Shown: in pieces, positions 16,032-18,283 of the stretch
How positions within the stretch are numbered: the stretch's first letter is position 1
Layout: each line of letters starts with the position of its first letter
DNA from: Acaryochloris thomasi RCC1774
GTDB lineage: Bacteria; Cyanobacteriota; Cyanobacteriia; Thermosynechococcales; Thermosynechococcaceae
NCBI RefSeq assembly: GCF_003231495.1
Contig: NZ_PQWO01000044.1
Span: 1-18,283 of the forward strand
Direction of reading: 5' to 3'
DNA: 18,283 bases
Translations under genes and position numbers: made by a program
Notes under the pieces: generated by a model
Database searches by the model: none
What the model was told of the DNA's origin: nothing
The model's input: only the letters and a program-made list of their open reading frames with translations

Positions 16032-16817
16032 ATGGTAGATACCCCTCTCTACGTTGAAAAATCTGGAAATCCAGACGGTCCTACCCTCATCTTTTTGCAC
16101 GCCATCGGGACCAGTGGTTGGATGTGGCAGAACCAAGTCAAGCTGTTGAGTCACTTCAACTGTATCGTTCCTGATCTACCCGGCCACGGCAATAGTAATC
16201 ATATTCCTTGGCAGTCTTTTGCAAAGACAGCCCAGTTAGTGACTAATTTGATTCAGGTCCATGCCAAGTCTGGGAAAGCAAATATTGTGGGCCTTTCTTT
16301 AGGTGCATACGTGAGCTTGCAACTGCTCTCTGACTCTCCATCAGTTGTTGAGCGTGCTGTCTTGAGTGGTGTGCATATCCTCCCCATGCCCAACAAGCAG
16401 CTAATGATGATGATGAGTTATCTGATGATGCCTTTCATGCGGTCAAGCTGGATGGCCCACCTGAATGCAAATGCTCTGCACATTCCCCCAGAGCAGTTCG
16501 ATGGATATCATCGCAGCTTCAGGCAGATGTCTCGACAAGCCTTTCTGAAAGCAAGTGGAGACGCCGTGAACTTTGAAGTGCCAGAGAATATCAGCTCTAT
16601 CGCGGTCCCGACCCTGATTACCGCAGGGGAAAATGAGCAAGCCCTGATCCACAAATCTCAGCAGGCGCTGGTGAAAATGACACCTCATATCGAAGCCTAC
16701 ATTGCTCCGAATGTTGGGCATGGATGGAGTCTAGAAGCCCCCCAGTTATTTGCAGAGATGATTTATTCCTGGATTCAAGCGCAGCCCCTTCCAGATCAAC
16801 TACAGCCCGTTGTTTAG
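16032..16817 (+). CDS. Alpha/beta-fold hydrolase
   Basis: LIFLHAIGTSGWMW (oxyanion region), nucleophile elbow GLSLG (Ser89 codon at 16296-16298) and C-terminal PNVGHGW (catalytic His). It starts 3 nt after the DUF4269 stop. Confidence 0.85.
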   Translation: MVDTPLYVEKSGNPDGPTLIFLHAIGTSGWMWQNQVKLLSHFNCIVPDLPGHGNSNHIPWQSFAKTAQLVTNLIQVHAKSGKANIVGLSLGAYVSLQLLSDSPSVVERAVLSGVHILPMPNKQLMMMMSYLMMPFMRSSWMAHLNANALHIPPEQFDGYHRSFRQMSRQAFLKASGDAVNFEVPENISSIAVPTLITAGENEQALIHKSQQALVKMTPHIEAYIAPNVGHGWSLEAPQLFAEMIYSWIQAQPLPDQLQPVV

Positions 16818-16898
16818 TGTTTGAGCTAGCAAGAGTCAAGCAAGATGTAAACGAATCGTTATTAAGCCAACACCAAGAGGCGACAGGAAACTAAAACG

Positions 16899-17087
16899 AT
16901 GGTCAATAAATCATGTAAGGGCTTTCTCAATCTCGTTATTGCTGCGATCAAAATTGAGCTCTTTATTCTGTTGATATTGGGGATGCTGATTTTAGGATAC
17001 ACGGTTGCAGTTTCTCTCAGCGATCCTGCACCTCCTGTACCAGAAAAATCTCCAGAAACCGAGGATGAAAAATATTTTTACGCTTAA
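16899..17087 (+). CDS. Small hypothetical single-pass membrane protein (62 aa)
   Basis: One hydrophobic helix (LNLVIAAIKIELFILLILGMLILGYTVAV) followed by an acidic Pro-rich tail. AGGAA lies ~9 nt upstream of the ATG. No homology recognised. Confidence 0.4.
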   Translation: MVNKSCKGFLNLVIAAIKIELFILLILGMLILGYTVAVSLSDPAPPVPEKSPETEDEKYFYA

Positions 17088-17119
17088 ATTTAGACCCAAT
17101 CATTTTTACCTCAAGCACC

Positions 17120-17311
17120 ATGAAAAAAGATCATAAAAAGCGAACCGTATTCGCACCTCAATCAGCACTGGACGCATCTGCCCAAGAACCTGCAAATCGC
17201 GTGATTAGTGTTGAGTTAGCCGAGGATGAGGACGTCCAGTGGATATGGATGTCGTTGCCTGAGGGTACAGCCTATGTCAGTGGCTACAACATCATCAAGA
17301 AAAAATCATGA
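17120..17311 (+). CDS. Small hypothetical soluble protein (63 aa)
   Basis: Lys-rich termini and an acidic core (VELAEDEDVQWIWMSLPEGTAYVSGYNII). No clear Shine-Dalgarno sequence and no homology recognised. Confidence 0.3.
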   Translation: MKKDHKKRTVFAPQSALDASAQEPANRVISVELAEDEDVQWIWMSLPEGTAYVSGYNIIKKKS

Positions 17312-17327
17312 GAAAAGGAATCTATCT

Positions 17328-17573
17328 ATGGCTTCTGAAGATAGCGATCTTAGACAGCGCTCTGCTTATAAAACTGCCTATCTTTTTTTAGGCGGTATTG
17401 CAGTTGGGGCTTTGACAATGCTTATTCTTGACTCATTTTTTCCGGTTGAGTTGAATGCGTTGAATGTGGGGATTGCAACAATTGTGATTGTATCGTCCGG
17501 GTTACTATCGAGCATTTTTGGCAAGAGCTTTATCAACGCATTGATGGATATATTAGGGTCTTCAAGTTTATAA
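17328..17573 (+). CDS. Small hypothetical two-helix membrane protein (81 aa)
   Basis: I prefer the ATG at 17328, which has AAGGA ~9 nt upstream and avoids overlap with the preceding ORF. It has two hydrophobic segments (AYLFLGGIAVGALTMLILDSFF and VGIATIVIVSSGLLSSIF). Confidence 0.45.
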   Translation: MASEDSDLRQRSAYKTAYLFLGGIAVGALTMLILDSFFPVELNALNVGIATIVIVSSGLLSSIFGKSFINALMDILGSSSL

Positions 17574-17590
17574 CCATAGTTGAGACATTG

Positions 17591-18058
17591 ATGGAAATTC
17601 GCAAATATATCCCTACAGACTGGCCGCGCCTTTGTAAAATTCATGATGCTGCTCGCCTCGACGAGCTTCGCCTTTCTGTGGGAGAAGCAGCATTCCTCAC
17701 TTTGGAGCAAACGGCCAAGAATGAGGGACTCTTTGATTCAAGTGTCGTCGTCGCAGAAGCTTCAGGCTGTGTTGAAGGTTTTGCTGCTTTTTCACAGGAC
17801 GAACTGACTTGGTTGTATGTCAATCCATTGGTCTATCGGCGAGGTATAGGCAGGGGATTACTGCGTTACGCAATCGAACATGCGGGCGATCGTTTTTCCG
17901 TCGAAGTGCTTGAGGGCAATGAACCAGCCCTCAAGCTGTATCTTTCTGAAGGGTTTAGCATTGCAAAAAAATCAAACGGTCGGCTTGCAGGAAACGAAGC
18001 ATTCAAAGCTTCAGGATATAGGCTTGAAAGGGCTTTGTTACAAAGTGACTCTTTTTGA
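17591..18058 (+). CDS. GNAT-family N-acetyltransferase
   Basis: Acetyl-CoA-binding motif A (WLYVNPLVYRRGIGRGLLRYAIEHA) followed by NEPALKLYLSEGF. 155 aa from the ATG at 17591 (the ORF track starts one codon earlier at TTG). Confidence 0.8.
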   Translation: MEIRKYIPTDWPRLCKIHDAARLDELRLSVGEAAFLTLEQTAKNEGLFDSSVVVAEASGCVEGFAAFSQDELTWLYVNPLVYRRGIGRGLLRYAIEHAGDRFSVEVLEGNEPALKLYLSEGFSIAKKSNGRLAGNEAFKASGYRLERALLQSDSF

Positions 18059-18156
18059 CAACGATAGATTAAGTATCACAGGCTTGGGAAAGAACTTGTA
18101 TTCTCAATAAATGGGACCCACTACAGTTAAGTGGACAGTTCCGTTTGAGCAGACGG

Positions 18157-18283
18157 TGGTAGTCCTAAATAGGTAAGGATTGATTGTAATGGTGAATAAA
18201 GTACCAAATAGCACCGATATGATTCTCTAGCTTTTTGGAGAATGACAGTGTCTTGCGCACCAATCTTGAGACGCGTTGGCGTA
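18157..18283 (-). mobile_element. IS1-family insertion sequence, inner (transposase 3') end only; the element continues beyond the window end
   Basis: Perfect reverse complement of nt 1-127; identity breaks at 18156 versus 128. Confidence 0.8.
18165..18281 (-). CDS. IS1-family (InsB-like) transposase, C-terminal 38 codons plus stop; 5' part lies outside the window
   Basis: Mirror image of 3-119 with an identical peptide. Confidence 0.8.
   Translation of the reverse strand, partial: RQRVSRLVRKTLSFSKKLENHIGAIWYFIHHYNQSLPI

Noticed and set aside
17226-17327. Longer 115-aa version of the two-helix membrane ORF starting at 17226
   Set aside because: The upstream 34 codons overlap the 63-aa ORF in another frame and look non-protein-like (MRTSSGYGCRCLRVQP..). 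The internal ATG at 17328 has an AAGGA RBS.
5653-17823. Remaining antisense or off-frame ORFs of 60-110 aa in the track (5653-5907, 6548-6748, 6673-6867, 7018-7230, 7662-7970, 10816-11052, 12076-12312, 12652-12894, 12791-12973, 13409-13687, 13612-13815, 14626-14847, 15306-15500, 16443-16721, 16618-16839, 17378-17710, 17641-17823, 17880-18110, also 4640-4840)
   Set aside because: Each is embedded in, or antisense to, a longer ORF with clear family motifs. None shows a recognisable domain or ribosome-binding site.
15417-18058. Interpreting DUF4269 as a CBASS-type cyclic-nucleotide synthase or MNT toxin-antitoxin component, or the GNAT plus small ORFs as a GNAT/RHH toxin-antitoxin pair
   Set aside because: The 203-aa protein is too short for a CD-NTase. 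It has no adjacent effector or HEPN partner. The small ORFs upstream of the GNAT are membrane-type or acidic and show no ribbon-helix-helix or DUF1778-like character. Nothing in the sequence supports a defence or TA assignment.
1-18283. CRISPR arrays, tRNA, rRNA, tmRNA and integron attC or attachment sites
   Set aside because: No regularly spaced direct repeats of 25-40 bp occur anywhere. No cloverleaf-compatible or rRNA-like conserved segments are recognisable in the intergenic regions (128-252, 5032-5588, 8518-9008, 12899-13394, 16818-16898, 18059-18156). Repeats found are limited to HIP1 octamers, 7-10-bp local repeats and the terminal IS arms.

Overview
This is an 18.3-kb cyanobacterial-type sequence. 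The octamer GCGATCGC (HIP1) occurs at least 10 times, against about 0.3 expected by chance. The dominant structural signal is that nt 1-127 are the exact reverse complement of nt 18157-18283. Each repeat encodes the last 38 codons of an IS1-family (InsB-like) transposase and ends in a GGTAGT... terminus. So two IS1 copies in inverted orientation, with their 3' ends facing inward, bracket 18,029 bp of mosaic cargo, which makes the segment a candidate composite transposon or invertible segment. The cargo, from left to right: (i) a phosphorus module, phnD-phnC-fused phnE on the minus strand, divergent from a short ROK/polyphosphate-glucokinase-like gene. (ii) A small coiled-coil protein, an AT-rich non-coding stretch, and a C-terminal relic of a Tn3-family transposase that directly abuts a glycosyltransferase stop codon. 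(iii) A minus-strand operon of NTF2-like protein, IMPase-family phosphatase and GT1 (MGT/CrtX-like) glycosyltransferase. (iv) A DUF1400 alpha/beta hydrolase. (v) Convergent Crp-family and GAF-LuxR regulator genes. (vi) A tightly coupled operon of secreted S9 peptidase, DUF4269 nucleotidyltransferase-like protein and alpha/beta hydrolase, followed by three small ORFs (two membrane-type) in AT-richer DNA and a GNAT acetyltransferase. I recognised no rRNA, tRNA or CRISPR array. All functional calls rest on motifs I can read in the translations, and no database search was possible. The most interesting candidates for follow-up are the IS1-bracketed architecture, the uncharacterised S9/DUF4269/hydrolase/small-protein/GNAT cluster and the NTF2/IMPase/GT1 operon.
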